NCBI RefSeq assembly: GCF_006345805.1
Contig: NC_043012.1
Span: 56,978,001-57,042,000 of the forward strand
Source: Octopus sinensis
Taxonomy: Eukaryota
Direction: 5' to 3'
DNA: 64,000 bases
The notes under the pieces are model-generated. The model was given only the letters and a program-made list of their open reading frames with translations, was not told where the DNA came from and ran no database searches. Position numbers and translations under genes: made by a program. Positions 24,404-37,589 of the stretch are shown one piece after another (position 1 is the stretch's first letter; every line of letters begins with the position of its first letter).

Positions 24404-26144
24404 ACGTACGGACATTATTTTCCAGCACAACAGAAACTTTGAGTTAAATTTTACGTACTCCTTATTCAATATTTAGTTATATAGCCCTTTTGTGTGCAAT
24501 GAAGAAATAAATATTTAGTTATATAAACCTATGAAAACAGTTGAAATAAAAGACCAAACCTTATTTCCTTTACTAATCTTGGTGTAGAAAGTTGTGACGA
24601 GAAGAGAAAAAATATAGAGTAACAGCTGTGAGAATCTATTGACTATAGTTTGATTGTCTGAAATAAGACGTTGATCAAATCAATAATAGATCGACTTGAG
24701 GTAAGAATGGTATTGTTTGGCTACAACTTACTTCAGACATTCTTTTGTTATGTCCAGCGAAATAAAATAAATGATGAACTCGTTCTCTTCGTAAAACAAA
24801 AGGTTTACATTTTAATGTAAATACTAAAATATAAAAGTTATAAAAATTCCAGCCAACAAAAATAATATTGAAAGTAGACGAGTGGAAAGTGAGTGGCCTA
24901 GTGGTCAGGGTGTGGCGCTCAAGATCGTAAGGTCGTGGTTTCGACTCCAGGACCGAGCGTTGTGTTGTGTTGTGTTGTGGAGCAAAAACACTTCAGTTTA
25001 TGTTCGTTCATTTGTAAATAGGTCCCATCCAGTTAACCCTGAGACAGACCAGAGTACCCTTTTGTGTGTGTGTGTGGGTGGGTGTTTGGGGGTGGGGGTT
25101 GTGGTGGAGGTTGTGGTGGGGTAAGTGTTGCATTCTCAGTCATTTATGTGTCATGGGAAACCTGTTTAAATTTCGGCTTTTTGGGTCCCAGGGCATACGA
25201 TAGTCCAAATAAATAAATAAATAAATAAAATAAAAATACAAAAATGAAATAAGACAAAAGTAGACTAATTGGCGTAGGTGTGGCTGTGTGGTAAGAAGCT
25301 TGTTTCCCAATCACATCGTTCTGGGTTCAGTCTCACTGCATCGTACCTTGTGCAGTTTTACCATAGCCTCGGGATAACCAAAGACTTGGATTTGGTAGAG
25401 GGAAACTGAAACGCATGTGCGCCTTACTGTCTGTGTTTGTCTTCCCACCACTGCTTCAGAGAGCTCTCCTGTCTTTATACTTAAACCCATGAAGCGCTGG
25501 GATTTGCACTTACATAGCATGGGCTGCTGAGCACATTTTATGAAAATGAGACTACCATGCACATATAAAAAAACAAAAAAAAATAGTTAAAATATCTTCT
25601 TAGTATTTAATGGTAGCAAGTTTTACATAATCTGAAAAGTCATTAGTTGAACTGTTAGTCCTCTTGCATTCTGGGTGGGCGGGTAGGTATGGGAGCCTTT
25701 GAGTGACATTAGACCCTAACAAACGCCCATAAATTAAATGCATCTATCTGGGCCACGACCATGGCCGTCGACCCGTGCCTGACGGTCACGATCGTAGTCT
25801 GTCGCGCTCTCTGTGTTAATCCACTCATCAGTGAACACATATATGTTTGGCTTATACCAGATTTATAATTGAGATTGACCCAAAATTCAGAAGTAGCTGA
25901 GATATTACTTGACATACATACGGTCCGTTGTGTCTTGGTCCTGTCTACACCTGAAACAACAGTAGGTGGTTGATAATTAATACTAACCTTTAAATCAGCT
26001 GGGCACCGAACTACAAGCTGGAGTGATTTCTTGGTATTTATTACTGCTATATCACCATTAACACCTTATTGAAAGAATGTAACTAAATTTTATACACATT
26101 GTTGGCTTGCTGGTAAAAGAGAGAGAGAAGCAGATAGACAGAGT

Positions 26145-26360
26145 ACTAAGTTAAGTTAAGTTAAGTTAAATTAATTTTTGGGCTCAAAAAGCAAAATGCA
26201 AGGCCATGTAGGGGGACATGGAGTTATGTACAGGGAGGGTGTTCATGCAAAGAGTTCAGGCCATTTCTGGTCAAGAGAGACTTTGAACCGAGCGGTCGTC
26301 CGGCAGCTTATTCCACGGATCCGCAACCCGGACGGAGAAAGCCCCTCTCCTTCGATTGAG
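26145..26360 (-). mobile_element. CR1-type LINE 3' end with (CTTAA)n tail
   Basis: Minus strand translates NRRRGAFSVRVADPWNKLPDD...FKVSLDQKWPELFA*. Confidence 0.75.
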
Positions 26361-27536
26361 GTGAAATCGTCGCAGTACTAATTCAGGGGAGAGAATCGCT
26401 TCTAAGTTTCTTTTTTTCCTCATGTTGAGAAATCATTATCAAAGAGTGAAAAGACCATACATTAAGTTCATATAATCCTTCAGTGTTTCCATATTTATGT
26501 TTCAGGACACATGAAAAGGTTATAAGGATATTATCTTATAGCACAACGGCAGATATTTTGTATCAAATTCAACATTCGACCGATCCATCCATCCAGCTAT
26601 CCATTTTTACCACCAACTATTCCCGAAGGGTCGTGATGGTAGGATCTACAGGCACCTCTTCTATTTCTATACGAAAAGGGTTCAAAGGCATTACCATCTA
26701 GCATCTTCCGTTGCACGGGTTAATAAGGGACGCGTTCGGACCCCTGGTAGAATGGTCTGTTCAGAAAATATATCGCAGTCTCCATCCAATGTTGGTACAA
26801 CCAACAATAAGCCTGAAACTTATTCTGTGAGGCGTGGTTTGGGAGCACAAAGGATACATGATCCAGGACCCCGAAGTGAGTCTAGGAGGGAGCAACTGTT
26901 AGTTCTACATATCTTTTATTTCAAATACAGTTACGTAAACCAATGAAAGAAGATGAAGCAAAATCCAGGCCTTACGTCTTTCAAGCATTCATAACGTAGA
27001 AAGACGTGGGTAGAAGTAAAAAAAAACAACAAAAAAAAAACAAAACAAAACACGAAGAAATTTGTAACAGCTGTGAGAATCCATTGATAACATTCAACGT
27101 GATTGTCTGGGACATGACATTGGTCAAATCATCACAGACCGATTGATGTGCTCCAATCACGGTGCTCCAATACGATTCCAGACATTGTTCTGTGCTGCTA
27201 AATAAAATTAAGTGCTTAAAATTACTTCTTTTTATAAAAACATTTTTACATTTGAGTGTTATTGCTAAATAAACAAATTATGAAAACACAATACAATGAC
27301 AAGAAAAGGAGAAAAAGAAAAGAAAAGGAAAAAAAAAAAGAAAGAAAAGAAGAGAATTGAATTATATGATTCTACAACAGCTGTTGAAATTTGAGTGGCT
27401 GGATAAAATAGAAAATTCTAGAATAGCCATCTTTCTTTAGTAAACAGTTAGCAACACCATTTAAAGCAATGTAAACTGAGAAACTGTTCCATCACCAAAA
27501 CCATAGGAAAGGAGAAACACTTGCAGATTTGAACAT

Positions 27537-27756
27537 TGCGGTGGTGTGCTGGAAAGTTCCTGGCTTCAAGGGTATCGTGAAAAGGCTGGCTGGAGGCCCA
27601 ACCTTCTGAGTTCTTTTACAAGGTTTAGAAAAACTGAAGGACGGCTGTAATAGGTGTGTGAATCTGAGAGGGGAATATGTTTAATAAAATCATAATTAAG
27701 AGATCCTTCTGTATTTTCTTTTACTCAAAGCCAGGAACTTTTCAGTACCTCTCATA
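27537..27756. mobile_element. Mariner-derived MITE
   Basis: TIR gtgctggaaagttcctggc / gccaggaacttttcagtac, TA at the right end. Homologous to 32113-32340. Confidence 0.75.
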
Positions 27757-28299
27757 GTTACGTAAAAAACCTCTTCACACCCTACAGAGCATAGACCACC
27801 GGGGACATCTCTTCGCTGTTCTTGACTCAGGACTGTCTTTTCCCTGAAGGGTGGCCTTCCTCTCCTCTGTAAGGGCGTCCCCCACGCCCCACTGCACAAA
27901 CTCAAATTTACATCTAGGAAGAGGGGTTCGACATTAATCTGGCCTTTATATTTTGATTTTTTGCCTTTTATCTTTTACTTGTTGCAGTCATTTGACTTCG
28001 GCCAAGCTGGTGCGCCGCTTTGAAGAATTTTAGTCGAACGAATCGATCCCTCCACTTTTCAAAAAACCCTGCTACTTATTCTATCAGTTTCTTTTGCTGA
28101 GCAGCAAAGTTACGGGGACGTAAACACACATACACACACACACACGACGGGCTTCTTTCCGTTTACCAAATCTATTCACAAAGCTTTTCCCAAGGTACCA
28201 CGCAGTGGGACTAAACTCGATGTCATGTGGTTGTGAATCAAACTTCTTAACGCACAGCCACGCAACATAGGAAGTGTCCAAGCTGTATTGTGCGATTTA

Positions 28300-28420
28300 A
28301 CATTTCAAACCTCCCGGAGACCCTACCTAGATTTTGAAGCCTGCTGGTATGACTCTCAGGATCATTGAAGCATACAAGCCACCACAATACAGCAAGGATT
28401 GGACTTTGTGGCGGAGACTA
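28300..28420 (-). mobile_element. RTE-like 5' end fragment, inverted relative to the adjacent RTE 3' end
   Basis: Reverse complement ccttgctgtattgtggtggcttgtatgcttcaatgatcctgagagtcataccagcagg resembles RTE 5' termini as I recall them. Confidence 0.4.
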
Positions 28421-28453
28421 GAACATTGCTCTATCAATTACCATATCTTGTTA

Positions 28454-28981
28454 ATACTACTAGGCAGAGAGGCAATGGTCAGCATGAGCAGGGTCTGGAA
28501 GAGTAGAGACATCAGACTCGCTACCAAATGCAGATTAGTGAATGCAATTGTCTTCCCAATAGCAACATATGGATGCGAGACCTGGACATTAAAGAAAGCT
28601 GACCAGAAGAGAATTAATGCATTCGAGCTTTGGTGTTGGAGAAGACTTTTACGGATTCCATGGACAGCGAGGCTCACCAATGGAGAAGTTCTTAAGCAGA
28701 TAAGACCGAAAGTGTCGCTAGAAGCTAGGATCACCAAGCATAGATTGGCATATTTCGGTCATATTATGCGGAGAAAATCCCTGGAGAAGGACATTATGCT
28801 CGGAATGGTCAGTGGCAAGAGAGGAAGAGGCCGACCAAGAACCCGCTGGCTTGACACCATCAAGAGTGATACCGGAATGGACATATCCAGTCTGAAAGAA
28901 GCGGCCCAGGATAGAACTGACTGGAGGACACTGATCCAACGAGTGACCGAGAGTCGACTTCGACTGAGCGGTTAGAAGAAG
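28454..28981 (+). mobile_element. 5'-truncated RTE/BovB-like LINE, open RT C-terminus
   Basis: LGREAM...ATYGCETWTL...FELWCWRRLLRIPW...YFGHIMRR...GKRGRGRPRTRWLD...AQDR..WR. Short (gaa) tail. ORF 28334-28975 starts in unrelated sequence. Confidence 0.92.
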
Positions 28982-29851
28982 TTAATATTCAGGTTAATCT
29001 CAATCTCGGTGTAGTTATTTGCGTTGTCTTCTTTATCTGTGAGGAGCTGGCCGGAGTGGAATAGTTCTCTGAATGTTTAATGAAAAGGTCTTATGATGAT
29101 TACTTCATAGATGGGGGTTGGATGTGACCGTCCAAGTGGATACGGTGTAAAAAAAATTTCATTCTAGACTCCGCTGAACAAGGGATTAAAAAAATTTTAG
29201 AGTCTTATGTGGAATTCCATAGTTTGCGAGTTCAATCCTAGCTCAAGTATAGTTATACCGACATATGATGAAGGGCATCCTCTTTTTGCCCATTCCATTT
29301 TTCTCTTCAGACCTTATCCATTGTGGTCCGAGCGACCAGTTTGGTTCAATTAAACTGTTTTTCAAATATTGGTTTCAAATTCTGGCACAAGACCAGTAAT
29401 CTGGGGGATGGGGGTTAAAGGTGATTACACCGACACCAATACACAACTGGTACTTATTTTATCGACTCCGATAAGATGAACAGCAAAGTCGCCTTCGGCG
29501 GAATTTGAATTCAGAACTTAAAAACGGACGAAGTTCCGCTAAGCGTATTGTCCGATGTGTTAACAATTTTGGCGGCTCGCTGCTTTGTGTCATTCCAGTA
29601 TCGATATCAAATTTTGGCACAAGGCTAGCAGGTTCGGGAAGGGGGAAAATCGATTACATCGATCCCAGTACTCAACTAAAACTTATTTTATCGACCCTGA
29701 AATGATAAAAGACCAAGTTGACCTCGGCGAAATTTGAACTCAGAACATAAACACGAACCAAATGTCGCTAAGCATTTTGTCCGGCGTGCTAACAATTTCG
29801 CCAGCTCGCTGACTTATGCCTTTCAAGTATTAATATCTAGCACTATCATAA

Positions 29852-30268
29852 AAGCGGCGAGCTGGCAGAAACTTTAGCACGCCGAGCGTAATGCTTAGCG
29901 GTATTTCGTCTGCGTTACGTTGTGAGTTCAAATTCCGCCGAGATCGACTTTGCCTTTCATCCTTTCGGGTCGATAAATTAAGTACCAGTTACGCACTGGG
30001 GTCGATGCAATCGATTTAATACCTATGTCTGTCCTTGTTTGTCCCCTCTGTGTTTAGCCCCTTGTGGGTAATAAAGAAATAGGTATTTCGTCTGCCGTTA
30101 CGTTCTGAGTTCAAATTCCGCCAAGGTTGACTTTGCCTTTCATCCTTTCAGGGTCGATAAATTAAGTATCAGTTGCGTACTGGGGTCAATGTAATCCACT
30201 TAATCCCTTTGTCTGTCCTTGTTTGTCCCCTCTATGTTTAGTCCCTTGTGGGCAATAAAGAAATAAGA
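29852..30268 (+). mobile_element. Family-A SINE dimer
   Basis: Full head ggcggcgagctggcagaa. Junction aaagaaatag|gtatttc at about 30073-30089. Confidence 0.85.
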
Positions 30269-30884
30269 ATTGTTAACGCGCCTGACAAAATACTTGGTCG
30301 CGTTTCTTCCGGTGCTTTACGTTTTGAATTCAAATGCCACTGAGGTGGGTTTTGTCTTTCATCCTCCTGGAGTCGATAAAATAAGTTCCAGTTGAGTGCA
30401 GGGGGTGAGTGTAATCAACTTTCTCTTTCCTCAAAATTGCTGGTCTTGTGCAAAAAATAGAATATCTAACGCTATTACACATCAAAGGAGTTATTCTCCC
30501 CGTGTACGTCGTTTTCACCTTTTCAGCAAGCACCAGATCGGGAAATACGAACGTAACTTTGTTGAGATTTGAATATAGGATGTAAAAGTAAGTTAGTAAA
30601 TATAGAAAGGTCCCACAGCTTCTGATAGCAATTGTACTTGATATTGGTTTTAAATCTTGGTTCAAGGCTAGCAATTTCTTGGGAGGGGCCAAGTCGATTA
30701 CATCGACTCCATTGCTCAGCTACTACTTACTTTATCGAGTACAAAAGGATGAAAGGAAAAGTCGATCCCGGTGGCATTTGAACTCAGGGCGTAAATATGG
30801 ACGAAATTCCGCTAAAGCATTTCGCCCGGCGTGTTAACGATTCTGCCAGCTTGCCGCCTTAACTGCGCTTGATATTCCTTTCTA

Positions 30885-31460
30885 CTGTAGGCACAAGGCC
30901 TGAAATTTTTGGGGAGTGGGGAAGTCGATTATATCAAACCCATTACGCAACTCGTACTTAATTTATCGACCCCGAAAGGATGAAAGGCAAAATCGACCTC
31001 GGTGGAATTTGAACTCAGAACGTAAAGACACGAAATACCTAATTCTTTACTACCCACAAGGGGCTACACACAGAGAGGACAAACAAGGACAGACAAACGG
31101 ATTAAGTCGATTATATCGATCCCAGTGCATAACTGGTACTCATTTAATCGACCCCGAAAGGAAGAAAGGTAAAGTCGACCTCGGCGGAATTTGAACTCAG
31201 AATGTAGCGGCAGACGAAATACCTATTTTTTTACTATCCACAACGGGATAAACACAGAGAGGACAAACAAAGACAAACAAACGGTTTAAGTCGATTACAT
31301 CGACTCCAGTGCGTAACTGGTACTAAATTTATTGACCCCGAAAGGATGAAAGGCAAAGTCGACCTCGGCGGAATTTGAACTCAGAAGGTAGCGGCAGACG
31401 AAATACCGCTAAGCATTTCGCCCAACGTGCTAACGATCCTGCCAGCTTGTCGCCTTGACT
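30885..31460 (-). mobile_element. Family-A SINE trimer
   Basis: Junctions near 31035 and 31220. Confidence 0.8.
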
Positions 31461-32112
31461 GCGCTTGATATTAATATAAGAAGAAAAGACGCAGACAAGG
31501 AATCGGATCAAATTACGTTTTAGGAGGAAGTAAAAATAATTGCAGGATGTAATGTTTCACCTTTTACTCGTTCCACTCGCTGGCAGTGGCCATGCTGGGG
31601 CATCCTCTTGAAGAGTTTAGTCGAGCAAATTAATTTCAGAATTTATTTTAACTTTGGTGCTTATTCCAAATGGGCACCAATCAGCTAGGGTTACAGGGAC
31701 TTAAACAAACCAGAACCGGTTGTCAAACAGTAATTGAGAGGAAGTGAGGTATAAACATACACACATATACTCTTATACTCTTGTACTCTTATATTTGTTT
31801 CAGTCATTTTGACTGTGGCCACGCTGGAGCACCGCCTTTAGTTGAGCAAATTGACCCCAGGACTTATTCTTTGTAAGCCTAGTACTCATTCTATCGGTCT
31901 CTTTTGCCGAAACACACCAGCATCGTTTGTCAGGTGATGTTGGGGGGACAAACACAGACACACAAACATATACACACACATATATTTATCTGTAAATGTA
32001 ATATGTGATAATTAATCGGTAGCCATGATAACACTCCGAGTTTCGAATGCCGAGGTGGTAATCCACCCTGCCATCTCTTCAGTTATCCGGCCATCGGAAA
32101 AAAACATGCATA

Positions 32113-32340
32113 TACACGAGGGCTTACCAAAAAGTTCCTGGTTTTAAGGGTGTCGCGAAAGGTTTGGCTGGAGGCCCAATTTTCCTAGTTCTTTTACAGG
32201 GCTTAGAAAAAACTGAAGGACTGCTGCAATACGTGTGTATGTGGAACTTAGAGGGGAATATGTCGAATAAAATAATAATTAACTGATCCGCCTGTATTTT
32301 CTTTTACCCAAAGCCAGGGTCTTTCTAGCACGCACTCATA
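32113..32340. mobile_element. Mariner-derived MITE, second copy
   Basis: cacgagggcttaccaaaaagttcctgg...ccagggtctttctagcacgcactcata. The body matches 27537-27756. Confidence 0.7.
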
Positions 32341-33335
32341 CAGACACAAGGGTAACTCTGGAGAGGGAAGTGTTAATAGGTTCCCTGAAAAAGCCATCAT
32401 CGTGGGAATGGGGTACATGTAAAGGTGGAAAAAGGGTAAATGGAGAACATCGTGGTGGCTGCGGTTAAGGGGATGGCTTAGATGATGATCATATAATTAG
32501 GAGTAATTGTTTTATGATGTTGTTTAATAACGATAGTGAAGATGAAGGCGAAGGTGGTGATAATAGCTGAGATAATATGGCGGTGTTTGACGAGGTGGTT
32601 GTGACAGCGATGGACGGGGTAGTGGCGGAAAAGAGGAGGTAGAAGGTGAAGGTGGCGGTGGATTGCGTGTGTGTGTTTGAGTGTGAACGCGAGCATGTGT
32701 GTGTGTGTGTGTGTTTTGTATGTCTGTGCGAATGTACACGCGTGTGTGTACGTACTTCTGCGTGTGCTTCGATGTGTGTATGTATGTGTGTGTATGTGTG
32801 ACTCAGAGTGCGTCAGTATGCGTGTCTCAATGAGTGTGTGTGTGTGTGTATACATGTATGTCGGTGTGATTGGGCTTGCGCGTGTCTCTGTATGTTTATC
32901 GATGTGTGTATGTGTCTACTCACGCGCATGCGCGTGTCTATATGCGTGTGTCTATGCTTGAGCATATAGGCAGCCCAGCGCGCGCGCGCGCGCGTGTGTG
33001 TGTGTCACGTGTGCTCGTGTGTCTGTATGTGTAAGTGTGCGTGTATGTGCGCTCGCGTGTCTGTGCATGCGCTTGTCCCTCTATGTGTGTGTCAATGTAT
33101 GTGTGTGGTGTGTGTGTATGTGCGTGTTATTAGCTCGTTATATTCCCATAAGTCTAGCAGAATGAATGTATTATTAATAAAGTTGATGCGATCTGAAAGA
33201 TGGAAACATTTGGTGAAAGGAAGACGAAAAAGTGATGAGAGATTGGGAAGGATGGAGGAGGAGGGTAAATGAAGATAAGTGAGGTGGACGAAGAAGGAAA
33301 AAGGAGATAACTACTACTACTACTACTACTACTAC

Positions 33336-33373
<38 letters not shown>

Positions 33374-33618
33374 TCGCTATTAATATTAATATAATTCTTT
33401 CTAATTTTGGCGCAAAACAGCAATTTTAGAGAAGGTGGATTTAGTTGATTACATCGAGCCCCTAATGCTTCACTTTTTACTTATTTTATCGACCTCGAAG
33501 GGATGAAAGGCAAAGTCGACCACGGTAGCTTTGAACTCAGAAACGTAAAATCCGGAAGAAATGCCGCAAAACATTTTGTTTGCCGTGCTAAAAATTCTTC
33601 TAGCTCACCGCCTTTTAA

Positions 33619-33671
<53 letters not shown>

Positions 33672-33704
33672 ATAATAATAATAAATAATAATAATAATAA
33701 TGAC

Positions 33705-33748
<44 letters not shown>

Positions 33749-34418
33749 GACAACACAGCGGAAAGTGATAAGTGCAGAATCTGTGGATAAAACGGTAAAA
33801 CCGTTTGGCATATTACCAGCCAATGTACGCCACTAGCCCAGAAGGAATATAAGAGACGCCACGACAATATAGCAAGGCTTGTCCATTGGACACTTTACAA
33901 CAAGTATGGACTTCACAGAACAAAAAATTGGTACGTCCACAAGCCTGAAGGCATCGTCGAAAATAGAAATGTAAAGATTCTGTGGGATTTTATGATTCGG
34001 TGCAACCATGAGATTGAGAATAGGAAACCAGACATAGTCTTAATTGAGAAAGAAAACAAACTATGCTGGATCATAGATATAGCACGCCCAGCTGACAACA
34101 AAGTGTGCGATAAGGAAGAACGAAAAGTCGAGAGATATGACAGATGACAGGTTAGCTTGAGAAGTTGTAGTCGATGAAAAAAGTAGCAGTTGTACCAATA
34201 ATTGTCGGAGCCCTGGGAACAGTGAGCAAAAATCTGGAGAAATACGTGGAACAAATAGGGGCTGCAATAAGGGTGGAGCACTTGCAGAAAACAGCACTGC
34301 TTGGAACCGCTCGAATACTCCGGAAGGTGCTCGAAAAATAAGGGGTGTTACCTTAGTTCACTGGTAGTGAACAGCTGACACTGTAATACATTTCCAGCGA
34401 TAGAAGTTGTGCAAAGGC
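33749..34418 (+). mobile_element. 5'-truncated R4/Dong-clade element (CCHC, RHD, PD..D restriction-like endonuclease) inserted in (AAT)n
   Basis: Translates KCRICG*NGKTVWHITSQC...KRRHDNIA...KILWDF...RKPDIVL...IIDIA...VPIIVGALG...LQKTALLGTARILRKVLEK*. A few stops and frameshifts. (AAT)n on both sides. Confidence 0.92.
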
Positions 34419-34434
34419 AATAATAATAATAATA

Positions 34435-34479
<45 letters not shown>

Positions 34480-34480
<1 letters not shown>

Positions 34481-34624
34481 TACTGGGCACTGCACGCATC
34501 CTACGCAAAACACTTTCAATACATTAATCATAAGAGCATCACAACAAATCACAGCACATACCCAAGGCACACAGAGCTGCGCTCGGTAGTGAAGTGAAAG
34601 CACGCTATAAAAATAAAACTACTG
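34480..34624 (+). mobile_element. Extreme 3' end of a second Dong-like family in the same (AAT)n tract
   Basis: LLGTARILRKTLSIH* with a different 3' UTR, flanked by (AAT)n. Confidence 0.8.
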
Positions 34625-34640
34625 AATAATAATAATAATA

Positions 34641-34692
<52 letters not shown>

Positions 34693-35604
34693 TCTTTCGA
34701 TTGTAGGCAAAAGGCCTGAAATTTTAGGGGAAGGGCTAAGTCGATTACATCGATTCCAGTACGAAACTAGTGCTTTATTTTATCGATCCTGAAGGGATGA
34801 AAGGCAAAGTCAACATCGGCAGGATTTGAACTCAAAACCTGAAGAGCCGGCAGAAATGACGTTAAGCAATTTGTCCGACCCCGATACCGATTCTGCCAGT
34901 TCGCCGACCTTACAAATTGTTCGAAATATAGGCACGGAGGGGTGAAATTTAGTGGGGGGGGATTTAAGAGATTGTATTCTTTGACGCTGTCAATTCCAGG
35001 ATCATCGAAGTGCTAAGAATTTCTTTGTTGACCTTTGCAATGGTTGGGAAGCTCGTTTCATTTGATCAGGATATGAATGTTGTTTCATCGGACATCCTCT
35101 TCTCCTGGCATGAGACCAGCGACATATTAGAAAGGGATTCCCCTTCACTAGAGAAGGGTTCCTATTCACCTGTGAGTGTCCCTTTCTACCACTTAAAACC
35201 TTTTCCAATTGATTTTTTTTGAAGGAGTGGAGAGTCTTTATTCTTTATTTCTTTTTAAAGTTGACCGCTTCCTTTGGACTCTGATCCGAATTCTCACAAG
35301 TAGATTTAGTAGTACTGCTGTGAGGAGGGGCTTCCTGGCGATTCAGTTCCTTCTGTTTAGTGGTACTACAGTTCTGGTAGAGGCTTGTGGTCTTCTGGAT
35401 TCATAAGGACTTGTATGTCCCTGGCGACCCTCCCGATCACACACTACTGAAAATTACGATATCATTGACCCCTGCTCTTATTATTTCAAGAATGTGACTA
35501 CAAGCGATCCAGTTCCTTCTGTTGATGATGCCATCTTGAATGACCCTCATTTTCTGCTCTGGTTGAAGCTAGAAGAGAGAATTCTATGGGTCTTTCTTTT
35601 ATAT

Positions 35605-36091
35605 CAGTGGTTCTCAACCATTTTTTTAACCTCTAGACACCTTTGATTACTATTTTATTTTGGTGGGTCCCCATAGCCATTCCATGTTTAAAAACTAGTT
35701 TTTTTTATACATCTTTGAAAATTCCTATTTTGCTTTTTGTACATTATTAACTTGTTTAAGCTGAACTACATGATGGAAGCACTCCGTCGGTTACGACGAT
35801 GAGGGTTCCGGTTGATCCGAATCAACGGAACAGCCTGCTCGTGAAATTAACGTGTAAGTGGCTGAGCACTCCACAGACCCCTGGGCCCTGGGCCATTGCG
35901 CCTCCACTTGAACTACATAAAATGTCGGAGAAAGAAACCTAGCTGTTTCTCGCAATAAATCCATCCCAAAGTAACATATTTTCAGGGACTCTTAGTATAC
36001 TACTGGGGGTGGGGTGTCCCAATTAACTATTTTGCTTGCGTGGACCTCCCACCCCACAAATCTTACATGGATTCCGGGTTGAGAACCGCTG
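35605..36091. mobile_element. hAT (Charlie-like) MITE
   Basis: TIR CAGTGGTTCTCAACC / GGTTGAGAACCGCTG. Flanks ttttatat / gtttagat match at 6 of 8 positions. Confidence 0.75.
35772..35908 (-). mobile_element. 137-bp internally deleted SINE nested in the hAT MITE
   Basis: 10-bp TSD TGAACTACAT at 35762-35771 and 35909-35918. Head gtggaggcgcaatggcccag as at 47405, tail as at about 40030-40116. Confidence 0.8.
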
Positions 36092-37066
36092 GTTTAGATG
36101 TTGGCTATGAGGGTTGTGTGATCATTTGACAACTTAGTTGTGATTGGTTCTACCTTCGGACAGTAAACCTCCATGTTTGTTGTTGCGATTGCTTTTGTTC
36201 TTTTACGCTTTCTGGCCAAAAATCACTTAAATAACTTTTACTGCCAGGTCTGTTGCATCCGAGGCCTTCTGCCCGGGATACTGAGTTGTGAGGCCTTCCT
36301 CTCAGCGCGCTTCACGGTGCGTGCACAGTTCTGGTATAGGCTTGTGGTCTTCTGGATTCATAAGGATTTGTATGTCCCTGACGACCCTCCCGATCATACA
36401 TTACTGAAAATTACGATATCATTGACTCCTGCTCTTATTATTTCAAGAATGTGACTACAAGCAAGGGTTCGAACCCGTCACCAATGTTCTTCATGGAGTC
36501 AAATGTTTTTCCTTAAATATTAGAGACCAGTTTATGGTCAGGTACAATATCTTTATCTAGTTTCAGCTCACGAGCTGTGGCCATGCTGGGGCACCGCCAT
36601 TATGCATAATTTAGTCTTGCAATTTAACCCCATTCTCTTTTTAAAAATGACACATACGGTGCCATAAGCCATCAGCATTCCCAATGATAGATTCTACTTA
36701 ATATGTCTACCAAGGATGTAAATCTTCATTGAACGGAAGAACGGTCTTCGTGGTCTTGGCAAGGCACTGGCTTAAATTATTCTCTTCCTCTCGCACGACT
36801 TTTTAATAGACCGTTGTAGGCTGGTGCCCGTCTTATGAACAAAATGTTGCAATGCTTTAGTTCTTTCAGCGAACTGTGTCACATCTAGGATTTTCTTGTT
36901 TAAAAGTACATTTCCGAATGATGATACTTGGTTACTGTTGGATACATTTTTATTTGACAAAGCAGTGTATGTATCTTTTTGTTTTTGTTGCCAACCGTGT
37001 TGTCTTTTATGCCATGTCTCTTTTGCAAATTTCTCAATTTTCTGCCATTTGTTTGTATGTTTATTA

Positions 37067-37178
<112 letters not shown>

Positions 37179-37536
37179 TTGGTTAATAGCTGTTTCGCTT
37201 TTTTCAATGTAATTTCTTTAGGTGGTGGTTCCGATACAACAATTCATTTTTAACTTGAAGTTAGACGTTAAGATAAAATGACAATATTATATAAAAAAAA
37301 AAACAAAACCAAAAAAACTTTCACCTTATTGTTTAGCCTCGGTACGGGGAAGACATTCCAAAAAATGTTCTATAATTGGCTTTGTTTGAAATAATATCTA
37401 AAGCGAAAATTAATTCATTTACTTAAACTTGAAAAGCTTTGAGAATTATTAAAGCAAAATTTTTTAAAACACGTCTGAACGAAACCAATAGCAAAATAAT
37501 AATGACGTTGAAAACGATTTTATGAAGATGCTGGTA

Positions 37537-37589
<53 letters not shown>

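Noticed and set aside
25795-25835. CTGATGA on the minus strand as another hammerhead
   Set aside because: No downstream GAAA or closing stems.
27064-27135. C/D-box snoRNA on the minus strand (gtgatga)
   Set aside because: No CTGA D box at the expected position.
30527-30587. Exon-like segment with good AG and GTAAGT sites
   Set aside because: Stops in all three frames and no partner exons. Chance is likely in 64 kb.
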